64,000 bases of DNA from an uncultured Pseudomonadota bacterium (GTDB taxonomy: Bacteria > Pseudomonadota > Alphaproteobacteria > RF32 > CAG-239). Each line of letters begins with the position of its first letter. Position 1 is the first letter of the stretch. The stretch covers positions 4,309-68,308 of the forward strand of contig CADAAN010000006.1 in assembly GCA_902785935.1 (NCBI GenBank), read 5' to 3'. Of this stretch, positions 56,615 to 64,000 are shown in pieces. The position numbers were made by a program, and so were the translations under genes. The notes beneath the pieces were generated by a model, which was given only the letters and a program-made list of their open reading frames with translations, did not search any database and had not been told where the DNA came from.

Positions 56615-56733
56615 GAAAAATGCGCCATGAATTATGCCGGAACAATCTCGTTTAACAATCGGTTGCGCCAATTTTATATTTGCAAAATATAAAAAAATAA
56701 CAAAAAATCTCTATTGTTTCAGATCCGCGCTGA

Positions 56734-57753
56734 TTATAAAAACACCTCATAGTCGTAATGATTTAAAATCGCATTTTTGAAAAACAGCACGTCATCTTCG
56801 CTGACAGGGGCAAAATGGTTGGCATCAACGCCGACATTAAGCCCGTTTTGGCTTACTTTTCTAAGGCCGTGAATATGCCCGAACAAGTTGAACATATCCT
56901 TTTTGCATTCGCTCGGCTTATGGGTTAAATAAACCGTATCGCCGTTTTTTAACGTCAGCGTGGTGTGCTCTAAAACGCTTTCAAAGCATTTTTCAAGCTC
57001 ATTATGCAATGCCGGATTTTCGCTTAAAGCATCGGTTTCGTAATTGCCCAAAATAAAATGAATCTTGCCGTGCAGATAAGGGCGCACACTCAAATTTCCG
57101 AAATCGCCCAAGTGATAAACCACGTCATCGGAAGCCACCTCATTGTTCCAATTTAAGATAAGCGCGGCGTCCATCTCTTTTGTGGTCGCAAACGGGCGGC
57201 GCGATAAATTCATCGCACGCTCGCTGCCAAAATGCGTGTCGGACGTAAAGAAAACGCGGCCGCCGGTTTTTAAGAGCGAGCGCACTTTTTCTAATGTTTC
57301 TTGATAGGTGTGATAAACATTGACATTTTCCGCTTGTAACCGCTTGATGATATAGCTTTTGCCGAAAAAAGCATCATCAATGCCGACAACAACCTGTTTT
57401 CTTGTGTGGTTATAATGGGTTTTTGCCATCCACTCTGCCAATTCAAAACGCGAGGTTTGCGCATAGTCGCGACCGGCGACATCGCTTTCCTTTGCAGGAA
57501 TCCAAAACATAATGACATCGGCAAGCGCCAAAAACTTACTTTCCCAATCAACCTGCATATCAAGGTTAAAATTCATCACATTTTCACGGCGCGGGTTGGC
57601 GACATAAACATCTAAATCCGCAAAATCTTTAACGGCTTGAGATTGCCAATCGGGCGCACCTTTAATGGGACCTGCCAAAAAGACGATTTTTTTATTAAAA
57701 TAATTTTGAACGGGCGATGTCGGCGTGATGAGTTCCATAATATTGTCCTTCAT
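56734..57753 (-). CDS. Nucleoside 2-deoxyribosyltransferase-like domain fused to a metallophosphoesterase domain
   Basis: The N-terminus KIVFLAGPIKGAPDW...ADVIMFWIP...SRFELAEW is NDT-like. The C-terminus FFTSDTHFG, HLGDFGN, GNYE and FGHIHG is the calcineurin-like fold. Confidence 0.65.
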   Translation of the reverse strand: MKDNIMELITPTSPVQNYFNKKIVFLAGPIKGAPDWQSQAVKDFADLDVYVANPRRENVMNFNLDMQVDWESKFLALADVIMFWIPAKESDVAGRDYAQTSRFELAEWMAKTHYNHTRKQVVVGIDDAFFGKSYIIKRLQAENVNVYHTYQETLEKVRSLLKTGGRVFFTSDTHFGSERAMNLSRRPFATTKEMDAALILNWNNEVASDDVVYHLGDFGNLSVRPYLHGKIHFILGNYETDALSENPALHNELEKCFESVLEHTTLTLKNGDTVYLTHKPSECKKDMFNLFGHIHGLRKVSQNGLNVGVDANHFAPVSEDDVLFFKNAILNHYDYEVFL

Positions 57754-57920
57754 ATCTTAAAATCTCGCTTTATGAAAACAAAACAAGCCTTGCCTGTCAA
57801 CATAATTATTGACAGTTTGTGCAAAATTTCATATCATCTGAAAAAAAGGAAAACCTCATGAATTTGTAGAAATCACGAAAGACACCATTATTTATCCGAA
57901 AATTTTGGAGAAGATATAAA

Positions 57921-58523
57921 ATGAAAATGGAATATATCATTTTTGGAACAACTTACGGATTTGCCAGCACCGAAACAACTGATGAAGAACAACGCTATAT
58001 TGAGCAGTTTTATCATGATGATGAGGGAAAGAGAACGTACGTGCACAAAAGGCGCAACAACAAAGTTTATTACACACGCACAATTTACGGCGATAAACAA
58101 AACCGGTTTTGCGACTCGAAGGGACGTCCGGGTGGCTTTTTTGGCATGACCATCGGTTTTGACGGACAATATTGCCGCGATTTTAACAAAATCAATGCGC
58201 TGATGGACAGAGTTTATGAAAACTTTATAAAAAAAGGATTCATCACAGAAAAAAACGGCACACACCAATATCATATTGCTGATTTTCAAACATATAATGC
58301 GCAAATACACGAGATTATGGCAGATGCCGTACAGTATGCAAACTTAAGCTCTGCCGATTTGGAAAAATTTACCTTTCACGAGCTTAAAGGCACATATCGC
58401 TGTCACCCAAATGATATGCCTTCGCTCAACAAGGCGCTGATGGATATGCCATATCATATTGATATTTCAGAAAAATATCCGACTCAGGCTATGCTGCGTG
58501 AAAAATTATCAAAAGTTAAATAA
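57921..58523 (+). CDS. Hypothetical protein
   Basis: 200-aa ORF with GGAG 8 nt upstream and a TTGACA-17 nt-TATCAT promoter at 57817-57845. Confidence 0.55.
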   Translation: MKMEYIIFGTTYGFASTETTDEEQRYIEQFYHDDEGKRTYVHKRRNNKVYYTRTIYGDKQNRFCDSKGRPGGFFGMTIGFDGQYCRDFNKINALMDRVYENFIKKGFITEKNGTHQYHIADFQTYNAQIHEIMADAVQYANLSSADLEKFTFHELKGTYRCHPNDMPSLNKALMDMPYHIDISEKYPTQAMLREKLSKVK

Positions 58524-58637
58524 TCGTCCAAATTCAGCCAAAGCAAAAAAAGTTGAAAAAAAACTAAAAAAAATATTGACAAAATAAAAAAAACGTGATA
58601 ACTTGAGGACAATAGAGTTCAATTTAGGAGAAAAAAA

Positions 58638-59234
58638 ATGAGTAAAATGAAAACAGCCGTTGTAACAGCACTAGTCACAGCTGCTGCTTTATTAGCCGCC
58701 AAAGGAGCTCAGGCTCAGACAAAAAGTGACGGCCCGCAAAGAGTGAATAAAGAAGCCACGGTCAATCAAAATAAAGCAAACGCTCAAGAGCTACTTAATG
58801 TAATGAATACGTTTTTGGGTAATCTTCCTGACATACATCACGATAATGGTGAAGTTTTAAAGCAAAGCGAATATGAGCTTACCGATTCCGGACTTTGGAG
58901 AACAGCAATGATTAATGTCGGTTCGTCTTATATATGCTTTTCAGATACTAGGGATGTTGATTATTCGAACCAGGAGGTGAGTATAACCATAGGTAATGAA
59001 GGTAGCAAGGACTACGTAGCCTATAGTGTCACGGATAATGGAATCAATAAGGTAGGATCTGAAGTACCTCTTTCAAACAAAAGCTATAATGAATTGGCAA
59101 GTATTATGGCAGGCTTTTTCAAGAGAGACGGACAAGATAAAACCCCTGAAGTTAAAGACTTCTGCTCAAATCACCAATCGACTTTGGATTTATCTCCTCT
59201 TCTCATAGCTAAGGCTTCGCAGAGAGGTAAGTAA
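58638..59234 (+). CDS. Secreted hypothetical protein
   Basis: Signal peptide (..AAKGAQA-QT) and a strong RBS (AGGAGAAAAAAAATG). Confidence 0.6.
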   Translation: MSKMKTAVVTALVTAAALLAAKGAQAQTKSDGPQRVNKEATVNQNKANAQELLNVMNTFLGNLPDIHHDNGEVLKQSEYELTDSGLWRTAMINVGSSYICFSDTRDVDYSNQEVSITIGNEGSKDYVAYSVTDNGINKVGSEVPLSNKSYNELASIMAGFFKRDGQDKTPEVKDFCSNHQSTLDLSPLLIAKASQRGK

Positions 59235-59265
59235 TTTCCCGCGCATAACGCAGAGATTTTTATCA

Positions 59266-59296
59266 AAAGCAACCCGCCGGCTATGCCGGCGGTTCT
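59266..59296 (+). terminator. Terminator after the 58638 gene
   Basis: CCGCCGGC-tat-GCCGGCGG hairpin. Confidence 0.55.
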
Positions 59297-59299
59297 GCA

Positions 59300-59880
59300 T
59301 TAACGGCTAAAAGCCTTTACCACTTGCAGCCCCTAAACGGGGCTGTTTTGCGTCTGACAGACGCAATCTGTTACTTCCTACCCCTCTGAAAGCTGGTCTT
59401 CCCTTAGTTGTTGTGATATATAGTTTTGTATCTTTTGGCTATCTTTACCTACCATATCCACATAGTACCCTCGACACCAAAATTCTCGATTTCGATATTT
59501 GTACCGCATTTGACACCACTGCTCGTATATCATTACCTTTTAAGAATCCCATAAAACTGGTGGTATCTCTACTAAATGATGTATATGATCCGGATAAGCT
59601 TCTCCTTCTATAATATTTACTCCTTTCCAGCTACATAACTCTTTTAATATTTTTACTATCTCCAGTCTTTTACTTCCGTAAAATACTTTTCTTCTGTATT
59701 TCGGCGCAAATACGATATGGTATTTACAATTCCAGCTCGTATGTGCTATACTTTTTACGTCATTTTTCATGATTAAATTCCTTATGTTTCTTGTTGCGTC
59801 TGCCAGACACTTCTTTCTAACTTAAGGAATTTATTTTTTCCACCCCTCGCTATAAGCTCTTTCGAACTACCAGCCTTGCC
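59300..59880 (-). mobile_element. Decayed IS200/IS605-family element
   Basis: Contains a frameshifted Y1-transposase gene. Subterminal hairpins: TTGCGTCTG-A-CAGACGCAA (59348-59366), CAGCCCC/GGGGCTG (59327-59345) and the related GCGTCTGCCAGAC (59796-59808). A 5'-UTR hairpin AAATTCCTTA/TAAGGAATTT (59775-59832) sits next to the start codon, as in IS200. Confidence 0.7.
59388..59770 (-). pseudogene. tnpA: IS200-type tnpA (Y1 transposase) with frameshifts
   Basis: The N-terminal 76 aa are intact (HTSWNCKYHIVFAPKYRRKVFYG...PDHIHHLVEIPP). The frame then breaks: SFMGFLKG is in the +1 frame, and VMIYEQ...YKYRNREFWCRGYYVDMVGKD is back in the original frame. Confidence 0.8.
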
Positions 59881-59994
59881 GGTGCTTTTCACAATATAAA
59901 GAACCGCGGGTGAGGAAACCCGCGGCGGATTACAATGTAATGAATTTTTTTAAAGATCATAATAATTTTTGGCAAATCCCACTAAGCTTTGCGC

Positions 59995-60609
59995 TTAGTA
60001 GAATTTCCAAGAAACCGTTGCTTGTTCGGTGCATGTAGCTACAGCACCTGTACCCGAAGCTCCGCCCATCGGATAAGGTTTACCCTCATCAGCACCTAGT
60101 ACTTTACCTTTGGCATAATTTGTACCGGTAGAAGCTTCAATTTCTACACCGATAAAACCCGAACCGGCACCCGAACCAAAATCAGCCGTTGCAAGTGCAA
60201 TGCAAGCCTCCTTAGGTAATCCTTTGTAACTGATTACAAAGGCTGTTGGTTTTGCATCACCAGTAATTGCTGTATTGACAGCAGAAATTGTATTTGAAGT
60301 AGCCATAGCTTCTAAAATTTGAACACTTCCTTTAAATGGGTTTGTTAAAGCGGCAGGAGATGTACCCATTACAGGCGGAACAATTCCTAAACTGACAGCT
60401 TGTGTCGCCAAGCCGGCGTAGTTACCCTGCTGTCCATACATTGTTCGGATGTTTGTCACAAGCATTGTGATTTGTTCCATTGTCGTGTTGAGTTTGTGTT
60501 TGAACATCGCTTTTGAATAGCCTGCCAAACCGCCGGCTGACAAAACACCGATAATCGCCAAAACACCAAGCATTTCAACCATTGAACGACCATTTTGATT
60601 ATTCTTCAT
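59995..60609 (-). CDS. Type IV pilin / pseudopilin-like protein (distal gene of pair)
   Basis: MKNNQNG-RSMVEMLGVLAIIGVLSAGG. The first ~65 aa are nearly identical to the upstream paralog. C-terminus ..VSWKFY. Confidence 0.8.
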   Translation of the reverse strand: MKNNQNGRSMVEMLGVLAIIGVLSAGGLAGYSKAMFKHKLNTTMEQITMLVTNIRTMYGQQGNYAGLATQAVSLGIVPPVMGTSPAALTNPFKGSVQILEAMATSNTISAVNTAITGDAKPTAFVISYKGLPKEACIALATADFGSGAGSGFIGVEIEASTGTNYAKGKVLGADEGKPYPMGGASGTGAVATCTEQATVSWKFY

Positions 60610-60648
60610 TTTTTTATTCCTTTATTAAACTGTTAAAAACTTATATGA

Positions 60649-61230
60649 TTAATAGAACTTCCAAATGATTGTGTTTTTTGCACCTGCACAATCACTAACT
60701 GCATCAGCCATTTCATACGCTTTTCCCTCAGCACGTTTGTTTGCAATGCCTGTACCAATGACTATAGAAGATCCATCTGCTGAGGCTGCTGCAGTACCTG
60801 TTTTATCGGCTATAACACCTACAAAACCTGAACCTGCGCCTGAACCAAAGTCAGACGTTGCCAAAGCAATACAAGCTTCTGTTGGTAAACCATCAAAAGC
60901 GACTGTAAATGATTCATTGTTTGTACCTGTAGCAACAATATTAACATTACCCTTAAATGGGTTTGTAAGTGTGGCTCCACTACCCATAACAGCCGGAACA
61001 ACACCAAGACTTGATGCTTCTGTATTTGTTAATCCCGCATAATTTCCCTGTGTGCCGTACATTGTACGGATATTCGTCACAAGCATTGTGATTTGATCCA
61101 TGGTGGTATTGAGTTTGTGCTTGAACATGGCCTTTGAATAACCTGCCAAACCGCCGGCTGACAAAACACCGATGATGGCAAGTACGCCAAGCATTTCGAC
61201 CATACTACGGCCGTTTTCGTTATTTTTCAT
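60649..61230 (-). CDS. Type IV pilin / pseudopilin-like protein (proximal gene of pair)
   Basis: MKNNENG-RSMVEMLGVLAIIGVLSAGG, Glu at +5. C-terminus ..IIWKFY. Confidence 0.8.
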   Translation of the reverse strand: MKNNENGRSMVEMLGVLAIIGVLSAGGLAGYSKAMFKHKLNTTMDQITMLVTNIRTMYGTQGNYAGLTNTEASSLGVVPAVMGSGATLTNPFKGNVNIVATGTNNESFTVAFDGLPTEACIALATSDFGSGAGSGFVGVIADKTGTAAASADGSSIVIGTGIANKRAEGKAYEMADAVSDCAGAKNTIIWKFY

Positions 61231-61257
61231 TTTTCAATTCCTTTTAAAAATTATTAC

Positions 61258-61548
61258 GTAAAACCGCCCCTAAAAGAGCGGTCGGAGAGTTAAACAATCA
61301 TGGATTAGAAAATGACTCCGACAACCTTTAGATTAAAAATCCTGAACATTCGCTACCGGCTCCCCGACACTTTTCGGGGATAATGTGCTATATTTAAAAT
61401 AAAAAATAACACCACATCAATACAGTGTTATCCTCACTGTCTAATCCAAGAGTTGTTTAAAACTCCGCGCCCGTCTCAGGCACTTGATAGAAAAAGTCAC
61501 CTCTTTCTATCCGACCATTATTTAACAACACAAATGCTTAATTGTCAA
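61258..61548 (-). promoter_or_regulatory. Leader family B, copy B3: promoter + structured leader + terminator (pilin-like operon)
   Basis: Minus strand: TTGACA (61548-61543), 17 nt, TTAAAT (61525-61520). Conserved blocks and covarying helices as in B1 and B2. The hairpin CCGC/GCGG plus T-rich tract lies near 61258-61285. Confidence 0.7.
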
Positions 61549-61613
61549 TTAAAAAAAACTATAACTTTAGTCATAGTTTTGCATTTGAACAATGTCTTCA
61601 TCAAATGCAGGCT

Positions 61614-63437
61614 TTATAAAAAATATTTCAAAAACAGGCCTACTTCGTGATGATGACGAGGCCCGTTTGAACGATATTTCAAATGTGCTTGAAGATCAAT
61701 GTTGCGCTTGATGTGATAACTTGACGTTACACGGCTTTCAAAGGCCGTACCGACTTTTTCGCTTGCAAGTGTTTGCTTAATTTCTGCTTGAAGGCCAAGC
61801 TTTTGTGTTGAAAACAAAATACCACCGATGGCTGAAATGCCGGCATAAGCATTATGTCTTAAAAATCCGCCGTATGCACCGTCGAGGCTTGAAAGAGCGT
61901 ATACAAAAAAGTTGTCTGAAAAAGCATAAGCTCCGCCCAAAGCCAATTCAGTCCGACCGATATGTCCGTATTTTTTTGTATAAAGGTTTTGTATGCGAGG
62001 CACATCAACATTTATTCTGTATGAAGGTGCGTGAAAAGTTTTATCTATCGGGGAAAGTGATACAAGCTCAAGCACCTTTAAGTTTTGCAATACATATCTG
62101 TCTTTGTTATCCAAATGCCTGATATGTGTTTCTAAAAAATTGATGGCCGCACCTTTTAAATAACCTTTCGGATTATCGCTCAAGCTATGATAAGCCGGCC
62201 GGATTTGAAACTCTTGAAAAGCTTCGCCGTTTTCAAAACCGAGACCGAAAGCAATTTTTCCGCTTTCGTGCGAAAGAACGGGATTTTGCCCCTCATGCAA
62301 TTCATCAAATGTTTGTCCGGCATTCATTTGATTGCGTTTTCTTAAGATAAAAAAACTTTTTTTGCGATATTCTTTAAGGTCTAAATCTTTTTTGATGTAT
62401 TGATATTGCACATATTGATATGCTGTTTCCAAAACATCGGCTTGTTTTTCTTTTTCCAAAGCCTCAAGAGGGGCAGAATCGTCTTTAATCAAGCTTAAAA
62501 ATGCGTGATATTGCGATTTATTCATCTGTTTGAGGCGATGTTTGATTTTGTTCATACGTGATGGGCGATAAGTTGTGTCTTTGACAATACCTCGTTGATT
62601 GACAGCCTTAATTGTATCAAGCGGTATAACGTATGTCTTAAAATCTTGCGCAAGTCTTAAATCCGGCTTAACGGCATCTAAAATTTCAAGCAACATATAA
62701 GAACAGTTTTGCGAGAAAAAATAATACGGCGTTGTTATATGCCCGATTTCCCAAATATGCGCCACAAATAAATCAAGCTCATCTTGACTCAAATCAAGGT
62801 GATATTCCCAAATATCACGATTTTCGATGTTGTTATAGGTGTTGATGATGTCATAATAAGGTTTTGTCGTGAGACCGCCTTGAAAAAAGCCCAATAACCC
62901 ATAGATGGCATAAAACGGACTGTCTTCAAAGCCTCTTGTGTATGCACCGTAATTGACCCCGTGAGCTAAAAGTTGCGTGCCTTTGCGCGATGTGTCAATG
63001 CGTATCAGCGTATGACCGAAAAGCGATGAAGAATTGTTCATATACGCATCGGTAAAAAGCAAAGTCACTCCGCTTGGTGATAAATCTTTTTGAAATTGAG
63101 CAAATTCTTCGCATTTTGGAAAAGGTTTTTTGATAATCCCTTTTTCTTTTAAAAGAAGATAGCGTGCCGGAAAAAGGCATTTTTTTTCATTTTGTTCATC
63201 GTTTTCAAAAAGGCTGATTGTTGCCTCAAGCTCTGCTTTCGGATCAGTTTGCCCGTTTTTTGAAAGATAAAAATCGGGGCTTTTGATTGTTCCTTGATAG
63301 GCGCCGAATATCCTCGGCTGATAATGAATGAGGGCAAGCCATTGCCTTGAAAAGGCTAAATCATCGCTTGATTGAAAACCGCATAAAAACAAGCAAAATA
63401 TTAAAACGAATCGACGCATTTGATAAACAAAAAGCAC
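61614..63437 (-). CDS. DUF4105-like outer-membrane-associated protein
   Basis: 607 aa with a signal-like N-terminus, a SSSLFGHTLIRID motif typical of DUF4105, and a beta-rich C-terminus ending in ..LFLKYFL. Confidence 0.6.
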   Translation of the reverse strand: MLFVYQMRRFVLIFCLFLCGFQSSDDLAFSRQWLALIHYQPRIFGAYQGTIKSPDFYLSKNGQTDPKAELEATISLFENDEQNEKKCLFPARYLLLKEKGIIKKPFPKCEEFAQFQKDLSPSGVTLLFTDAYMNNSSSLFGHTLIRIDTSRKGTQLLAHGVNYGAYTRGFEDSPFYAIYGLLGFFQGGLTTKPYYDIINTYNNIENRDIWEYHLDLSQDELDLFVAHIWEIGHITTPYYFFSQNCSYMLLEILDAVKPDLRLAQDFKTYVIPLDTIKAVNQRGIVKDTTYRPSRMNKIKHRLKQMNKSQYHAFLSLIKDDSAPLEALEKEKQADVLETAYQYVQYQYIKKDLDLKEYRKKSFFILRKRNQMNAGQTFDELHEGQNPVLSHESGKIAFGLGFENGEAFQEFQIRPAYHSLSDNPKGYLKGAAINFLETHIRHLDNKDRYVLQNLKVLELVSLSPIDKTFHAPSYRINVDVPRIQNLYTKKYGHIGRTELALGGAYAFSDNFFVYALSSLDGAYGGFLRHNAYAGISAIGGILFSTQKLGLQAEIKQTLASEKVGTAFESRVTSSYHIKRNIDLQAHLKYRSNGPRHHHEVGLFLKYFL

Positions 63438-63477
63438 GGTTTAATCAAATCCCGTGCTTTTATCCTTTTATAAAAAA

Positions 63478-63936
63478 CTATGCTTTCATAATTTCGCAGA
63501 ATTTTAATGTGACATCAGCAACATCAACATTTTCATTCGGGAATAAAACTGCAAAGTTTTGATAAGCCCTTTGTGCAACAACTTTTTCATCCATATCAAG
63601 GATGCCCGCAAGTGTTGTCAAAGTTTCACCTTCACCGGCAGCAACGTCAATAGCGAACTGTTCCATATTATTTTCCAAAAATGAAAAGACCATTTTTTGT
63701 GTGCCGCCCGAAATGCGTCCGTTCGGATCGCAACCCGATGTACCGAAAGTAATACCGAATGTTTGGTTGCCGAAAGTTTCATTTGTCGTTACGGCCAAAA
63801 TTTGCGGCAAAATACCGCTTTGTCCGCGCCAAGCCATTGAGCCCAAACCGCAACCCGTGCTGTCATAAGCATTTGCAGCGTTTGACAAAGCCAAAGCCAC
63901 GCAAAAACCGGCAGATGCCAAAAGTAAATTTTTCAT
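63478..63936 (-). CDS. DUF3015-like secreted protein
   Basis: Signal peptide MKNLLLASAGFCVALALSNAANA. GCGLGSMAWRG...TFGITFGTSGCD motifs. I took the start at ATG 63936 (GGAG upstream) rather than the track's 63993. Confidence 0.6.
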   Translation of the reverse strand: MKNLLLASAGFCVALALSNAANAYDSTGCGLGSMAWRGQSGILPQILAVTTNETFGNQTFGITFGTSGCDPNGRISGGTQKMVFSFLENNMEQFAIDVAAGEGETLTTLAGILDMDEKVVAQRAYQNFAVLFPNENVDVADVTLKFCEIMKA

Positions 63937-64000
63937 TATATTTCTCCAATCTGAATATAAAATATCACACCTCTTTAATTTACCAAAATACATAAAATTG

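Noticed and set aside
60665-61042. 125-aa plus-strand ORF antisense to the pilin-like gene
   Set aside because: It is an Ala/Pro-rich shadow frame of the Gly/Ala/Thr-rich pilin region, with no start context.
61440-61500. CTGAGA (TPP-riboswitch-like) and AGAGGTG (L-box-like) strings in the family B copy at 61k
   Set aside because: Neither string is conserved in the other two copies, and none of the remaining TPP or lysine riboswitch consensus elements are present.

Overview
This 64-kb window looks like chromosome from a low-GC Alphaproteobacterium. Lineage markers are CcrM, GapR/DUF2312, DUF4167, a Ppx-RlmE pair and tRNA-Trp-secE-nusG. Core GC is about 38-40% by eye. Positions 1-9780 are the right part of an integrative island sitting at a tRNA-Lys 3' fragment. 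The island carries a P4-type integrase, an AbiEi-like gene, a pentapeptide-Xis fusion, a YegD-like Hsp70, and a very AT-rich operon of glycosyltransferase, APH-like kinase, Nudix hydrolase and P-loop kinase, with a convergent ATP-grasp gene. The remainder is mostly housekeeping: two Aas paralogs, an Mla/PqiC-like lipid ABC system, kdsD-lptC/A-lptB, ileS, an Lgm/Arn-like lipid A modification cluster, ccrM, tandem ppx, rlmE, nusG/secE, typA, gap-pgk, an amidase and tig. The main finding is a dispersed set of 7 transcription units: 5 paralogous secreted BspA-type LRR proteins that share a conserved C-terminal tag (RIYTIDEANxVAGKxNxFxIRYR), and 3 type-IV-pilin-like proteins. Each unit is preceded by one of two conserved, structured 5' leader RNAs. 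Family A is about 160 nt (4 copies) and family B about 255 nt (3 copies). Each leader has a TTGAC(A/T)-17 nt promoter, helices supported by compensatory base changes, invariant junction nucleotides and an intrinsic terminator that overlaps a conserved helix strand. This is riboswitch- or attenuator-like architecture, and I cannot assign either family to a known class. Other observations: three isolated high-GC single-gene inserts, a decayed IS200-like element, a nested repeat element at the nusG 3' end, and several unusual domain fusions. No CRISPR array, rRNA or intact prophage was seen.
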